From IMG/VR virus record IMGVR_UViG_3300045988_013781: a stretch of 31,645 bases of DNA, one strand, 5' to 3'. The notes beneath the pieces were generated by a model. The model was not told the origin of the DNA, made no database searches, and was given only the letters and a program-made list of their open reading frames with translations. The translations under genes and the position numbers were made by a program. Shown piece after piece: positions 8,931 through 17,857 of the stretch; the first letter of the stretch is position 1, and each line of letters begins with the position of its first letter. Origin of the DNA: a virus (taxonomy: Duplodnaviria; Heunggongvirae; Uroviricota; Caudoviricetes).

Positions 8931-11401
8931 CAGAATCCCCCAACAGTAAGACGAGGAATAACGGCAAGAACAGACAGCGGCAACGGGTCAAGCTGACGGA
9001 TTCTTACACGTCCGTTTTTGCCCCAGTTACTGTCCAGTTTCACTTCTACTTTTCCGGTAGCGTCATCAACAGGATCATCGTAGAACTCGAATTCACGCTG
9101 TGGATATTCGTACCATTTACCGCCGGGCGTAGTCGCCCAGATGCCGCGACTGGCATTCACAACCAGAGTAACGGACGGGATCACCTGTTTTTTGTCCAGC
9201 AGCGTTTCCTGTCCGTTAATGTTGATATCCAGTGTTTCGAATTCAGCAGTTATTGGCAGGCCGATGTGCACAACAGCCCCCGGTGATTCCAGCGTGACGG
9301 CACCTCCGGAAACCACTTTTTGTGGTTCCACGTTCGCATCAGAGAGGATGTTTACGGTCTGGCCTTCAAGATGAGACAAGCCGCCAAATGTCCGGCGCGC
9401 CATCTGCCAGTTCGTGGTGGCCACATTCCTGAGGGATGGCGGGACGTTCCTGTTAGCACGAACCACTACTGCGGTATTGCTGGTTACAGAAATAATGTCG
9501 CAACGTAATTCTTTTGACACTTCATCGCCAGTATCAGGAACAGTTCCGGTATAAGGGAACTGTAGTTGCGCACCGACATCACTACTGGTGAAGTACGCAC
9601 CACCAGAAACACTGATTGTATATTCCGCGCGGTAATCCCATTCGCCAGAACCACCAGTGATGGTCATCGTTCTGTCAGACGTGTTTCTTCCATCATAGCT
9701 AAGGCCAGAATCAACAAAGAAAGCATCTTCATCGCTGGTAAATAAACGGCTGGACAGTCGCTCGATGTATCTCACTGTTTGCCCGTTAACGGTTCGGTTA
9801 ACGACGAAATACACCGCATCTTCATTGCCTTCGCTGATACTGCATGTGCTTTCATATTTTCCGGTACTGGATTGTGGTGCCCATGCAAAAACCTGCTGAT
9901 CACGCAAATAGGTCATCACCAGTAATTTACCGTCATCACGAATGCAGAAGGCGCTGGAGTAAGGGACAATAGAGAAGCACCAGTCAACAATGCTGTGCTT
10001 CTGAAAAAGATGATTGGCAAGGATGGTCAGGTCGTTCCCCTGATAGCCGTCAACATCGAATGAGTAGGCCAGATCACGGACAACACTGCCTTTCTCCTGG
10101 ACGAACAGAGCAATATTCGCCACGGCAATTGGTGGGACATTGCTCGAGCCATTTGATCCCTGAGAGCTGAATGCAAATGATGATGGGGTTAATACTTTGT
10201 TCTGGTCGCCGGTGATGACGTACTCACCTCCGGAAGTCAGCGCCACCAGCGAACCAACATCAATCAGGTGGCGGATCTCATTAACCTGACGCCCGGCATA
10301 GGTGTAGATAATTCTGTCGTCATCCTGCGTAGGATTGCTTTTGCCAAAATCCTTATAATCCCCGGTACGGCTGGCCCAGATAGTCTGAGGGAACGCAGTC
10401 GATGCGGCGAAGTAAAGACGTTGTTGATAATAAACAACAGTGCCAGGATAACCATTAACACTGTTCCAGGCATATTTAGCCCATTTATAGCTGGCATTAT
10501 CCTCGCCAACGACCTGCGAAGGGATATAGGAAATCACCTCGGCAGTTGCAGTAGTTCCATTTGCAGCAGTGATACGGGCAATGCCAAAACCACTGTGCAG
10601 ATATTCCCACTCAATACCAGTATCATCATCACCGGATCCGCCCCAGCCATCCCATGATGTGCCTTCTGTATGCGAAGGGCGCAAAGTACCTGTTTTGCCT
10701 GCTGTAACGGCGCGATAGTAGTTACTGTCTGCACGGCGAATATCGCCAATCGACGTACTCTTACTGGTTTCCCATACCGGCACTGAATCCACTGCAGGCT
10801 GTTCCAGATAGAACAATTTGCCTACCTGCTCCGCGCCAAAAATAGAGGCGCTTGCCGTTAACGTAATTGTCCCGGTGCTGGCGCTGGCATAAACCGTCAC
10901 TGACTCGTCAATATTGATATCTTCAAATGGTCCGTTCTTCGTTACCACATCAACCAGTTGCCAGTTGTCATGCGCATAGCGACGCAACTCTTTCGGCGGG
11001 TATGCCGGATGAACAAGCGTAAGCACGTCTGCGCTTTGCGTGAATTTAATTCGGAACAGATCGGCTTCAGTATATGGCGTGGCAATTTCATAAATAACAT
11101 TGCTGCTGTTCAGCACCAACGCACCATCTTTGATAACGCGCATGTACTGGTGTCCGAACTCCAGAGCATAAGTCTGAACCGTCGAGAACTGGAACGGTAT
11201 CAGGCGGCATTTCCGATTTGGGTATTTGGCGGCACCGACAAAACGCGTACCAGGTCGATTCTCAACGCCGCCATACTGCCGCACGATAAAGTTATCGCAC
11301 TTGCGCAATGCCACCTGGTACTTCGCCATGTCGATACGACCGTACAACGACGGTCCAATCTCACCACCGGCAAAGCTGGGCTGGATCCAACTGATAGCCA
11401 T
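8930..11401 (-). CDS. Tail tubular protein B-like (nozzle, T7 gp12-position)
   Basis: 823 aa ORF immediately downstream of the gp11-like gene. Size and position match T7 gp12. Sequence similarity was not verified. Confidence 0.45.
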   Translation of the reverse strand: MAISWIQPSFAGGEIGPSLYGRIDMAKYQVALRKCDNFIVRQYGGVENRPGTRFVGAAKYPNRKCRLIPFQFSTVQTYALEFGHQYMRVIKDGALVLNSSNVIYEIATPYTEADLFRIKFTQSADVLTLVHPAYPPKELRRYAHDNWQLVDVVTKNGPFEDINIDESVTVYASASTGTITLTASASIFGAEQVGKLFYLEQPAVDSVPVWETSKSTSIGDIRRADSNYYRAVTAGKTGTLRPSHTEGTSWDGWGGSGDDDTGIEWEYLHSGFGIARITAANGTTATAEVISYIPSQVVGEDNASYKWAKYAWNSVNGYPGTVVYYQQRLYFAASTAFPQTIWASRTGDYKDFGKSNPTQDDDRIIYTYAGRQVNEIRHLIDVGSLVALTSGGEYVITGDQNKVLTPSSFAFSSQGSNGSSNVPPIAVANIALFVQEKGSVVRDLAYSFDVDGYQGNDLTILANHLFQKHSIVDWCFSIVPYSSAFCIRDDGKLLVMTYLRDQQVFAWAPQSSTGKYESTCSISEGNEDAVYFVVNRTVNGQTVRYIERLSSRLFTSDEDAFFVDSGLSYDGRNTSDRTMTITGGSGEWDYRAEYTISVSGGAYFTSSDVGAQLQFPYTGTVPDTGDEVSKELRCDIISVTSNTAVVVRANRNVPPSLRNVATTNWQMARRTFGGLSHLEGQTVNILSDANVEPQKVVSGGAVTLESPGAVVHIGLPITAEFETLDININGQETLLDKKQVIPSVTLVVNASRGIWATTPGGKWYEYPQREFEFYDDPVDDATGKVEVKLDSNWGKNGRVRIRQLDPLPLSVLAVIPRLTVGGF

Positions 11402-12006
11402 CAGGACAACCTCGCAATGGTAAACTCGTCAACCGGTGGCTGTGGTTCCTGTGATTCATTCTGGCTATGCGAACCAGCACTAAGAATCACGCGATTGTAC
11501 ATATTGAGAGCAAATGTACCGAGATCCGCATTCCCAGTCAGCGCCATGTTAATGGCTGCCGCAAGACGCCAGGCCAGCGCCTCCATAAAAATGGCATCAA
11601 ACATGTTCACATCTGAAACGCGAGAGACATACTTGAGCCATGCCTGCGGCTGGTCTGTATAGATCAATTTTCCTGTTCCGTTGGTGTCTGCACCAACTTC
11701 GTACTGAACGCGCATTGCTGCTGTTGGATTGCGTACACCAGGAAGCATAATTTCAGTAATGCGCAGACAATCGGACGGGTACTGGTACGCATATTCCCAG
11801 TCAGGCGGTGGATTGTTCGTATCTGCAAGCGCCACGCGTTTGGTAGCAAAGTTCCAGTCAAAATCAGAAAGCACAGCATCACGGCAGGCCTCAAAGTGCA
11901 GCGAACATTCCCCCGCTTCCTTGCTGGCTTCCGTCAGGCTGTTAATGCTGCGGCTATTGCCAATATTGGACAGCGCACGATTGCAGATCTCTACTACAGA
12001 GGCCAT
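11401..12006 (-). CDS. Tail tubular protein A-like (gatekeeper/adaptor, T7 gp11-position)
   Basis: 201 aa. The N-terminal motif ICNRALSNIGNS resembles the T7 gp11 N-terminus (VNDILASIGE) as recalled. Size matches gp11 (196 aa). Confidence 0.45.
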   Translation of the reverse strand: MASVVEICNRALSNIGNSRSINSLTEASKEAGECSLHFEACRDAVLSDFDWNFATKRVALADTNNPPPDWEYAYQYPSDCLRITEIMLPGVRNPTAAMRVQYEVGADTNGTGKLIYTDQPQAWLKYVSRVSDVNMFDAIFMEALAWRLAAAINMALTGNADLGTFALNMYNRVILSAGSHSQNESQEPQPPVDEFTIARLS

Positions 12007-12335
12007 TACTCACCCCCATTGCCGTACAGGGTTTCAGCCGCTGATTTTTCTACATCCCCGGAAACAGGAGCGATCGCCATATCAGTGATCTGCAGATCGG
12101 CGCTGCGATTAACCCCATCGTCAGTTTCTCTGGCAGACAGGCCTCGAATAACAGCCTTTGCAGTTATCATCACTTCTGTTCCGACGCCCTGAGGTTGCGC
12201 CTTCAGCTTATTCAATGTGTCGTTATTAAGAGTGATGCACAGCCCCCACGGGTATTCATCGCGAGTTCTGGTTTCTCCGCTCTCATCCTGGTAGCTGTCA
12301 GTGCCGGTTTTGAGGTTTACGAGTTCCATATACAC
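12006..12335 (-). CDS. Hypothetical head/neck protein
   Basis: 109 aa ORF with an AGGAG RBS 7 nt upstream of the ATG at 12335. Confidence 0.5.
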   Translation of the reverse strand: MYMELVNLKTGTDSYQDESGETRTRDEYPWGLCITLNNDTLNKLKAQPQGVGTEVMITAKAVIRGLSARETDDGVNRSADLQITDMAIAPVSGDVEKSAAETLYGNGGE

Positions 12336-12346
12336 TCCTGCAATAA

Positions 12347-12362
12347 AGGGGCCGAAGCCCCT
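12347..12362 (-). terminator. UUCG-tetraloop hairpin between head-proximal genes (attenuator or terminator-like)
   Basis: On the minus-strand RNA: AGGGGC-UUCG-GCCCCU followed by UUUAUUG, lying between the stop at 12380 and the start at 12335. Confidence 0.4.
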
Positions 12363-12379
12363 TGTCTGATCCGCGAGGC

Positions 12380-12715
12380 TTACACGCCCAGTTCTTTACG
12401 CTTATCTGCGATCTTCTCGCGGAGCGTTTCGGCTTTGGCGTTATGGTGTGGCTTCTCGTTAAAGAGCAATTCGTACTCTTCACGGAGCTTATCCAGTTCA
12501 CCATCATCTGACACATCGTTGATGATTTTGGTGCTGGTTGTTGCCATTGACACCTTTCCTGCAACTTTTGCTTTTGCCTGTCTGGCTGCATCGTTAACAG
12601 GTTCCAGTGCGCTACCAGGCTCACCTTCGTATTCGATTTCTGCCCCCTCCGGCCACAGAGTGTTATGGATATGAGAGAGGCGCAGAACGCGGTATCTTGG
12701 TTTCTCACCTGACAT
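12380..12715 (-). CDS. Hypothetical virion-module protein
   Basis: ORF 12380..12724 in the track. The likely start is the ATG at 12713-12715, preceded by AAGGTG. Acidic C-terminal part. Confidence 0.45.
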   Translation of the reverse strand: MSGEKPRYRVLRLSHIHNTLWPEGAEIEYEGEPGSALEPVNDAARQAKAKVAGKVSMATTSTKIINDVSDDGELDKLREEYELLFNEKPHHNAKAETLREKIADKRKELGV

Positions 12716-12725
12716 CGATATCACC

Positions 12726-13163
12726 TTAACCAGTTACTTTTGAGCGGATCGGATACGGCGTATTGGCATCAACATCAAGACTGATACCAGCAGTGAATTC
12801 GCCAGCCGTTAGTGGGCCAGTTGCGACGGAGTAGTTAACACGCAGATATCGCTGAACACCGGCAGGCACCTTTGCAGAAACAACTCGTTTACCTGCTGTC
12901 AGGGCGGTCTTTGCCAGTGCGCCACTATCATAAATAGTGGTCCATGAGGTGTTATTCTCACTCGTCTGCAACTGGATGTTTACAGTTGCATCACCGCTTG
13001 CCGCGGCGGCTGTGTTAACCAGCGCCCAAAACTCAAGCGGGTAACCCACGCCGATATCACGACGTTTTCCGTCAATTGGACCGAGATCGATTACGTCAGT
13101 AGAAGCCGCGGTATTCGTAACCGCCTGAGCTTCGGAGAACATCAACAGTTTGTCGGTGATCAT
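12726..13163 (-). CDS. Putative capsid decoration or accessory structural protein
   Basis: 145 aa Thr/Ala/Gly-rich ORF directly downstream of the major capsid gene. Confidence 0.4.
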   Translation of the reverse strand: MITDKLLMFSEAQAVTNTAASTDVIDLGPIDGKRRDIGVGYPLEFWALVNTAAAASGDATVNIQLQTSENNTSWTTIYDSGALAKTALTAGKRVVSAKVPAGVQRYLRVNYSVATGPLTAGEFTAGISLDVDANTPYPIRSKVTG

Positions 13164-13214
13164 CTTCTTTCTCCATTAGTGGGTCTGTTACGACCCACAG
13201 GTTAATAACAGGCG

Positions 13215-14207
13215 TTACACCACGCGGGCTTCTGTTTCCAGAAGCGCATCAGTTTCACGGATTGGTACACCACGGAATGAAGTCCACCACTCGCCTTCTG
13301 TCTCTTTTACGCTGATAGCCAGAGATGTTTTCTCCAGAGACTGCAGATCAAGAGCCTGGCCTACAGTGCGGTTCATGTAGAACACCGGGCGGCCCATGCC
13401 ACGGTTTGGAATGCGATGTAGTGCTTTAACCATCAACTTCGCAATATTTGCGGCAGAGGATGGTTCTGAAAGATTGCTGACATCGATGTTTGCAATGCGA
13501 ACAACATAACGCCAGTCACGCAGAGCAAGTCCGTTATCCCATTTGTAATGGGTGCGATAGCCTTCGTACTTGCCGCCATTAGCATCTTCCAGTGTCACCT
13601 GGCCTTTATCTTCCATCTGGATGCCAGCCTTCTGCCCTTTCGGGAAGATGCCATGCACGGTGTTTTCGCCCCACACCACTAACCAGATTGAGGTGTTATC
13701 TGTACCCGTGCCACCAGCATCAATGATGTTCTGAGCATTACCCGCAGACAGGCTGGAATAGCGGGAGGACAGTCCCATAAACTGCTGAGGGTTAACGCTG
13801 GAATCACCATAAAACAGCGTCTGCGCCATCTGCTGATTCATCGCTTCAATAAATGCGCGGTCTTCAGACAGGCGGAATTCGGCGGTATTGCCGTTCAGAT
13901 CAGCCAGTGACTTATCGACTTCCGCATAGGTTTCCAGCATGCCAACGGAATCGGTTACCTGCACTGTGGTTGATTTGCTTGGCTGTACGCCATAGTTCAG
14001 CAAACGCCAGGTAGCTGAAGGTAAACCAGAACGAATGGTGGTTCGGTGTCCGGTAGGAAGGTTCCCTTCGACAAAAGGCATATCCTGAAGGATCGGGTTA
14101 GTTTGACCGAGAAGCTCGATAATCTTATCGACTTTCCCGTTTGGATCGACGCGCTTACCCCAGTCAGCCAGCGTTAGCGCAGTTAAGCCTTTAACAGCCA
14201 TTGTCAT
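13215..14207 (-). CDS. Major capsid protein
   Basis: 330 aa ORF following an acidic scaffold-like gene. Size and position are typical of an HK97-fold capsid protein. A GGGUC...GACCC hairpin sits just downstream at 13181-13196. Confidence 0.65.
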   Translation of the reverse strand: MTMAVKGLTALTLADWGKRVDPNGKVDKIIELLGQTNPILQDMPFVEGNLPTGHRTTIRSGLPSATWRLLNYGVQPSKSTTVQVTDSVGMLETYAEVDKSLADLNGNTAEFRLSEDRAFIEAMNQQMAQTLFYGDSSVNPQQFMGLSSRYSSLSAGNAQNIIDAGGTGTDNTSIWLVVWGENTVHGIFPKGQKAGIQMEDKGQVTLEDANGGKYEGYRTHYKWDNGLALRDWRYVVRIANIDVSNLSEPSSAANIAKLMVKALHRIPNRGMGRPVFYMNRTVGQALDLQSLEKTSLAISVKETEGEWWTSFRGVPIRETDALLETEARVV

Positions 14208-14215
14208 TTCCTCTC

Positions 14216-14917
14216 TTATTTGCCATAGAGCACTTCGGCCGCACTACGCTGGCCTTCATTACCACCGGTGACCATGCCATCTTCAGACATCGCCTTTCCG
14301 ATTTTCACGAACGTTTTGACCAGATCAGGGTGATTACCCAGCCCGGTGGTGTTCAGATATTCTTTGAGTTCAGATGTCCCGAACTGGTCAAGCGCACGCT
14401 GTGCGGCGCTAAGGTTAGAAATCAACTTGTCGCCACCGATTTCTTTGTCAGCTTTTACATCCGCAGCCCACTGCTCGGTTGTTTTCTGCCAGGCTTCTGC
14501 CTGGCGCTGCTGAACACCTGCCAGAATCTTCGGATAAGCATCAACCAGCTTTTGCGCTTGCTCGTTGGTCAGGTTAAGTTCTCGCGCCACCGGCTCGAAT
14601 TCCTTCAACGCTTCTGTATCCAGCTCTACGCCTTCGGCTGCCTGAAACTCGTACTTCTCAGGCGCACCCTCTGATTTATCGCCGTCCTTTTTTTCATCCT
14701 GCTTATCGTTTTCAGGCTTTTTGTCATCAGCAGGTTTATCGCCATCAGCAACAGGTTGTGGCTTATCACCTTCCTGTTGTGATGGATCACCAACTGGAGC
14801 AGGGTTATCACCTGCAGGCGCTGACGGTTCTGACGCAGCCGGAGCTGCTCCACCATCGACTGGTTGCTCATTGCAAAGACGGCGATACAGCAAACGCTCA
14901 AATAAATTCATGATCAC
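14216..14917 (-). CDS. Scaffolding protein (putative)
   Basis: 233 aa. Acidic Pro/Ala/Asp/Lys-rich low-complexity N-terminal half and helical C-terminal half. Lies between portal and capsid. Confidence 0.55.
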   Translation of the reverse strand: MIMNLFERLLYRRLCNEQPVDGGAAPAASEPSAPAGDNPAPVGDPSQQEGDKPQPVADGDKPADDKKPENDKQDEKKDGDKSEGAPEKYEFQAAEGVELDTEALKEFEPVARELNLTNEQAQKLVDAYPKILAGVQQRQAEAWQKTTEQWAADVKADKEIGGDKLISNLSAAQRALDQFGTSELKEYLNTTGLGNHPDLVKTFVKIGKAMSEDGMVTGGNEGQRSAAEVLYGK

Positions 14918-15210
14918 TCCTGTTCACTGGCCTCTTTGGCCATCTTCAAATACTGTTCAGGGCAATGCGCCATAACGCGCTGAAACAGTTCCAGCGCCAG
15001 ATTGCGTTGCCCCTCATTAAATGCCATTGCCATAGCGTCCATCGGTGAGATAGCGGAAAACACACGGCCTTTCTCCAGCACCGACCAGACAACGCGACGC
15101 CCCTGTTCACTGCTCATGACAAAGCGAATGTCATCAATTTCACGCTGCGCCATGTCACGTTGCTTACGGGCGTTTTCTTCTTTCAGTTGATCGTCTTCGT
15201 AATCTGTCAT
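14914..15210 (-). CDS. Hypothetical head-assembly protein
   Basis: 98 aa ORF translationally coupled (ATGA overlaps) to both the portal and scaffold genes. Confidence 0.45.
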   Translation of the reverse strand: MTDYEDDQLKEENARKQRDMAQREIDDIRFVMSSEQGRRVVWSVLEKGRVFSAISPMDAMAMAFNEGQRNLALELFQRVMAHCPEQYLKMAKEASEQE

Positions 15211-16886
15211 TGTGATTGCCCACCCTGACCACTAACTGCATTCGCCATAGCTGACAAAACACTCGGATCCGAAGTTTTAGCTTCGCTTAGCGTCTTGGCA
15301 CCCTGTGCCGCCGCCATCCCCATCGCCATCATTTGTTGCTGCTGTTGCTGCTGTGCCCGTTGCTGGCGAGCATGCTCAACCTGTTCCTGCGGAACAATGA
15401 CGGTTGGAGACACTCCGGACATATCAGCGAATGCATCGATCGCCTGATCAACGTTGAGTTTGTCGAGAGCTTCTGGTTTCGCTTGCGCAAGTTGACCAAT
15501 GAAGTTAACCGTGGACGCCAGACTGGACAGGCCGATAGACTTCTGCGCCTGAGCCATGACGGAAATGTATTCGACCTTCAGGGGCATGCCTTCCATCGCG
15601 TCAGGCGGTGGCGGCAGCATGTTTTTACGCACCATCATCGAGAAAGCGCGGTCAATGAGAGGATTAAGACATTCGTCGTTCAGACGCTCCAGAACCGGCC
15701 CCAACATCAGAAGTTTTTCTTCTTTCATTTCGATCACCGCTTCAACAGGCATCGAGCGGGTATTGATGTTCTGCAACATCATGAACAGATCGACAAAGTA
15801 GGCGCTGTTAATGATTTGACGAGTGTCCTGAATGTCTGCCACCAAATCTGCTGTACTGGGGTTAACCAGATAAGCAGGCCTGAAGCCATCCTGACCAGTA
15901 ATCTGATCGATATACGTGATGTCGCCAGGAAGAAGGGAGGCGCGCTGATTCTTGAGGGAAGTCGGAGCAACCATCGGCGGATTGGTGGCTTTATCAATCA
16001 ACTGCGACTTGCGCTTCTGGAGAAGCTGCAATGCCTTAACAGGTCCAAGCGCCAGCATACCAGGGCATGATGATCCATAAACATCTTCGCCGTTAACTTC
16101 CCAGCGCGGAGCCATAATTGGAAACTCATCGAATCCGGACTCACGCAACAACTTGTCGTTATCGCCACCAACCTCGTAATAAACCGATTTGAATGGCTTG
16201 TTCTTGCTATCCAGCTTCGATGTATCGCGGTCAATGTTCGGGTAAACCGAATGCATCACTTCAATCCACTTCTCGTAGGTGCCGCTTTCCCACATGCTTT
16301 TTACGGATTCGCTGACGTTATTTAGCCCGAACTCCCGAACAAGCTGACGAACAGTCATAGAGAACTTGCGAAAACAGGTGTCCACACTGCCACGAGGTGA
16401 GTTAGCCAGGTAGTAACTGCCTATCGGGAATGGCATTGTGCGAATGATGTCCTCGTCATCCTCCAGCACCGCCATTGCACCAGTGCTGTATGTGCCGAGG
16501 CTTCCGTATAACTGCGGAAGAGACTGGTAGAGATTCGACTTATTGAACATATCGTTCATGCGGTTCTGCACCGCCTCAAGCCACAACTTAACAGGGCCAT
16601 AATCCATCATTTCAGGATCTGGCGTAGCCAGGCGAAACCACGGACGCGCGGGGCTTGTGATGCCTGACATCATGCCGCTGGCGAGAGTGCGCGCCGCCAT
16701 AGTCCCGGTCGAATCAATAATGCGTGTATTCCGTCGATCGTTACGGTTGACCTCAGAAGTCAGAAAGCGGGAACCACGCGGGTTGATGTAATCACTCAAC
16801 TCGCGCCAGTGCGGCTCGAACGACTGACGCTCGCTTTCAAGTTGTGCGAACTGTTTGTTCAATCGCTCTTTAGTTGTTTCCGCCAT
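15207..16886 (-). CDS. Portal protein (T7 gp8-like head-to-tail connector)
   Basis: 559 aa. The C-terminal Gln/Ala/Met-rich tail (QQQQQQMMAMGMAAAQGA...) is reminiscent of the T7 gp8 C-terminus. GGAG RBS before the ATG at 16886. Confidence 0.65.
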   Translation of the reverse strand: MAETTKERLNKQFAQLESERQSFEPHWRELSDYINPRGSRFLTSEVNRNDRRNTRIIDSTGTMAARTLASGMMSGITSPARPWFRLATPDPEMMDYGPVKLWLEAVQNRMNDMFNKSNLYQSLPQLYGSLGTYSTGAMAVLEDDEDIIRTMPFPIGSYYLANSPRGSVDTCFRKFSMTVRQLVREFGLNNVSESVKSMWESGTYEKWIEVMHSVYPNIDRDTSKLDSKNKPFKSVYYEVGGDNDKLLRESGFDEFPIMAPRWEVNGEDVYGSSCPGMLALGPVKALQLLQKRKSQLIDKATNPPMVAPTSLKNQRASLLPGDITYIDQITGQDGFRPAYLVNPSTADLVADIQDTRQIINSAYFVDLFMMLQNINTRSMPVEAVIEMKEEKLLMLGPVLERLNDECLNPLIDRAFSMMVRKNMLPPPPDAMEGMPLKVEYISVMAQAQKSIGLSSLASTVNFIGQLAQAKPEALDKLNVDQAIDAFADMSGVSPTVIVPQEQVEHARQQRAQQQQQQQMMAMGMAAAQGAKTLSEAKTSDPSVLSAMANAVSGQGGQSQ

Positions 16887-16900
16887 TTCAATGACTCCGG

Positions 16901-17107
16901 TTACTGACCAAGCAGCGTTTTACCGCTGGTATTAGCGGTTGATGTGTCGCCCTGAGAACCGGTAAGCAGCGTAGAACTACGACCAGCAGCAGCGCGACGG
17001 CGACGAGTTTCTTCGTCGCGGGCATCAACAACGGCGGCATCCTGCTCCTGTGGTGCTGCCTGAACTTCTGGTGTTGCAGGCACTGATGGTGAGCTACCCA
17101 TGCACAT
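16901..17107 (-). CDS. Small hypothetical protein upstream of portal
   Basis: 68 aa ORF. Its translation-initiation region (GGAGTCATTGA then 1 nt then ATG) is an exact copy of the one in front of the portal gene. Confidence 0.4.
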   Translation of the reverse strand: MCMGSSPSVPATPEVQAAPQEQDAAVVDARDEETRRRRAAAGRSSTLLTGSQGDTSTANTSGKTLLGQ

Positions 17108-17197
17108 ATCAATGACTCCGTACGCAATTAAATTATTACCAATTTAACCACATGTGATTTATTTATCGTAGATACTTGACATTTAACGCACTAATTA

Positions 17198-17212
17198 TTA
17201 CCTTTCAGGTAA
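17198..17212. promoter_or_regulatory. Operator-like palindrome TTACC-tttca-GGTAA next to a TTGACA hexamer (17176-17181)
   Basis: Perfect palindrome copy about 320 bp upstream of the tRNA. The -35-like TTGACA has no convincing -10 at canonical spacing. Confidence 0.4.
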
Positions 17213-17534
17213 GCAAAGAGTTCATTCCGGTTATTAACCTGACTGGCTTGTCGTTAAATTGAACAGGTGGGGTGAGCTTTTATTTTGAGCAGTACGGTGT
17301 ATGGCACATGCGCCGATAGCGGTCTGGATACGTTTAAGGGGCACCCTCCCTTGCTCGGGCAAACGAACCAGGTAGCCGGAATGTGCAAGTCGAGCGGTTT
17401 TATTCCGCGCACGGGGATTCACCATCCCGGCGATTCGGTGTGACACCTCGGAAGAGACGAGGGTGCAACGATGAGAGCATTTATGGAGCCGCGACAAAGT
17501 GTGGTGCCTTAACAGGCTAAGTGCTCTCAGCGTT

Positions 17535-17611
17535 GTGGCATTAGCTCAGTTGGACAGAGCAACCGCCTTCTAAGCGGTTGGTCGCAGGTTCGAATCCTGC
17601 ATGCCGCGCCA
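17535..17611 (+). tRNA. tRNA-Arg (anticodon UCU, decodes AGA), 77 nt with encoded CCA
   Basis: Hand-folded cloverleaf: acceptor GTGGCAT/ATGCCGC (one G-U pair), D-arm GCTC-AGTTGGACA-GAGC, anticodon stem ACCGC/GCGGT with loop CTTCTAA, variable loop TGGTC, T-arm GCAGG-TTCGAATC-CCTGC, discriminator G, then CCA. Confidence 0.9.
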
Positions 17612-17654
17612 GAATCACGCCTAAGGACCGTGATGCCAGAAGTTCCAGGGGCTT

Positions 17655-17697
17655 GGCGGTGATGGTTTCCCTTGAAGGACTATCACCGCCATTTTTA
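17655..17697 (+). terminator. Hairpin plus T-tract downstream of the tRNA
   Basis: GGCGGTGAT paired with ATCACCGCC around an 18-nt loop, followed by ATTTTTA. Confidence 0.4.
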
Positions 17698-17774
17698 CAG
17701 CAGGACGCCATTGCGATGACTTCATGCTGTAAACCCGTACAGCCACGGAAGGCATAACTCATTGCTTCCAGTTC

Positions 17775-17798
17775 GCCCGGTTCGCCGGGCATTTTTTT
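17775..17798 (+). terminator. Rho-independent terminator (plus strand only)
   Basis: GCCCGG-TTCG-CCGGGC followed by ATTTTTTTG. The reverse complement has no U-tract, so late minus-strand transcription would not be stopped. Confidence 0.7.
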
Positions 17799-17803
17799 GC
17801 CTG

Positions 17804-17832
17804 ATGACCACAAATTACCTTAAAGGTATAAT
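17804..17832 (+). promoter_or_regulatory. Promoter-like element with embedded near-operator site
   Basis: TATAAT at 17827-17832 and a -35-like ATGACC at 17804-17809 (17-bp spacer). The near-palindrome TTACC-ttaaa-GGTAt at 17815-17829 overlaps the -10. Confidence 0.45.
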
Positions 17833-17857
17833 CATGAAAAACTTTAAGGTAATTAGT

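Noticed and set aside
15333..16070. 245-aa plus-strand ORF inside the portal gene
   Set aside because: Antisense to a well-supported portal ORF. The His/Arg/Leu-rich translation is characteristic of a spurious frame.
17535..17611. tRNA-Arg as the prophage integration site (attL/attR)
   Set aside because: The tRNA is complete with CCA, sits in the middle of the phage between terminase and portal, and is far from the integrase. No flanking direct repeats were seen.
17234..17813. Minus-strand ORFs 17234..17497 (87 aa) and 17541..17813 (90 aa)
   Set aside because: The second overlaps the tRNA-Arg gene and two terminators; the first covers the hairpin-dense leader. Neither has an RBS. Both are better explained as non-coding.
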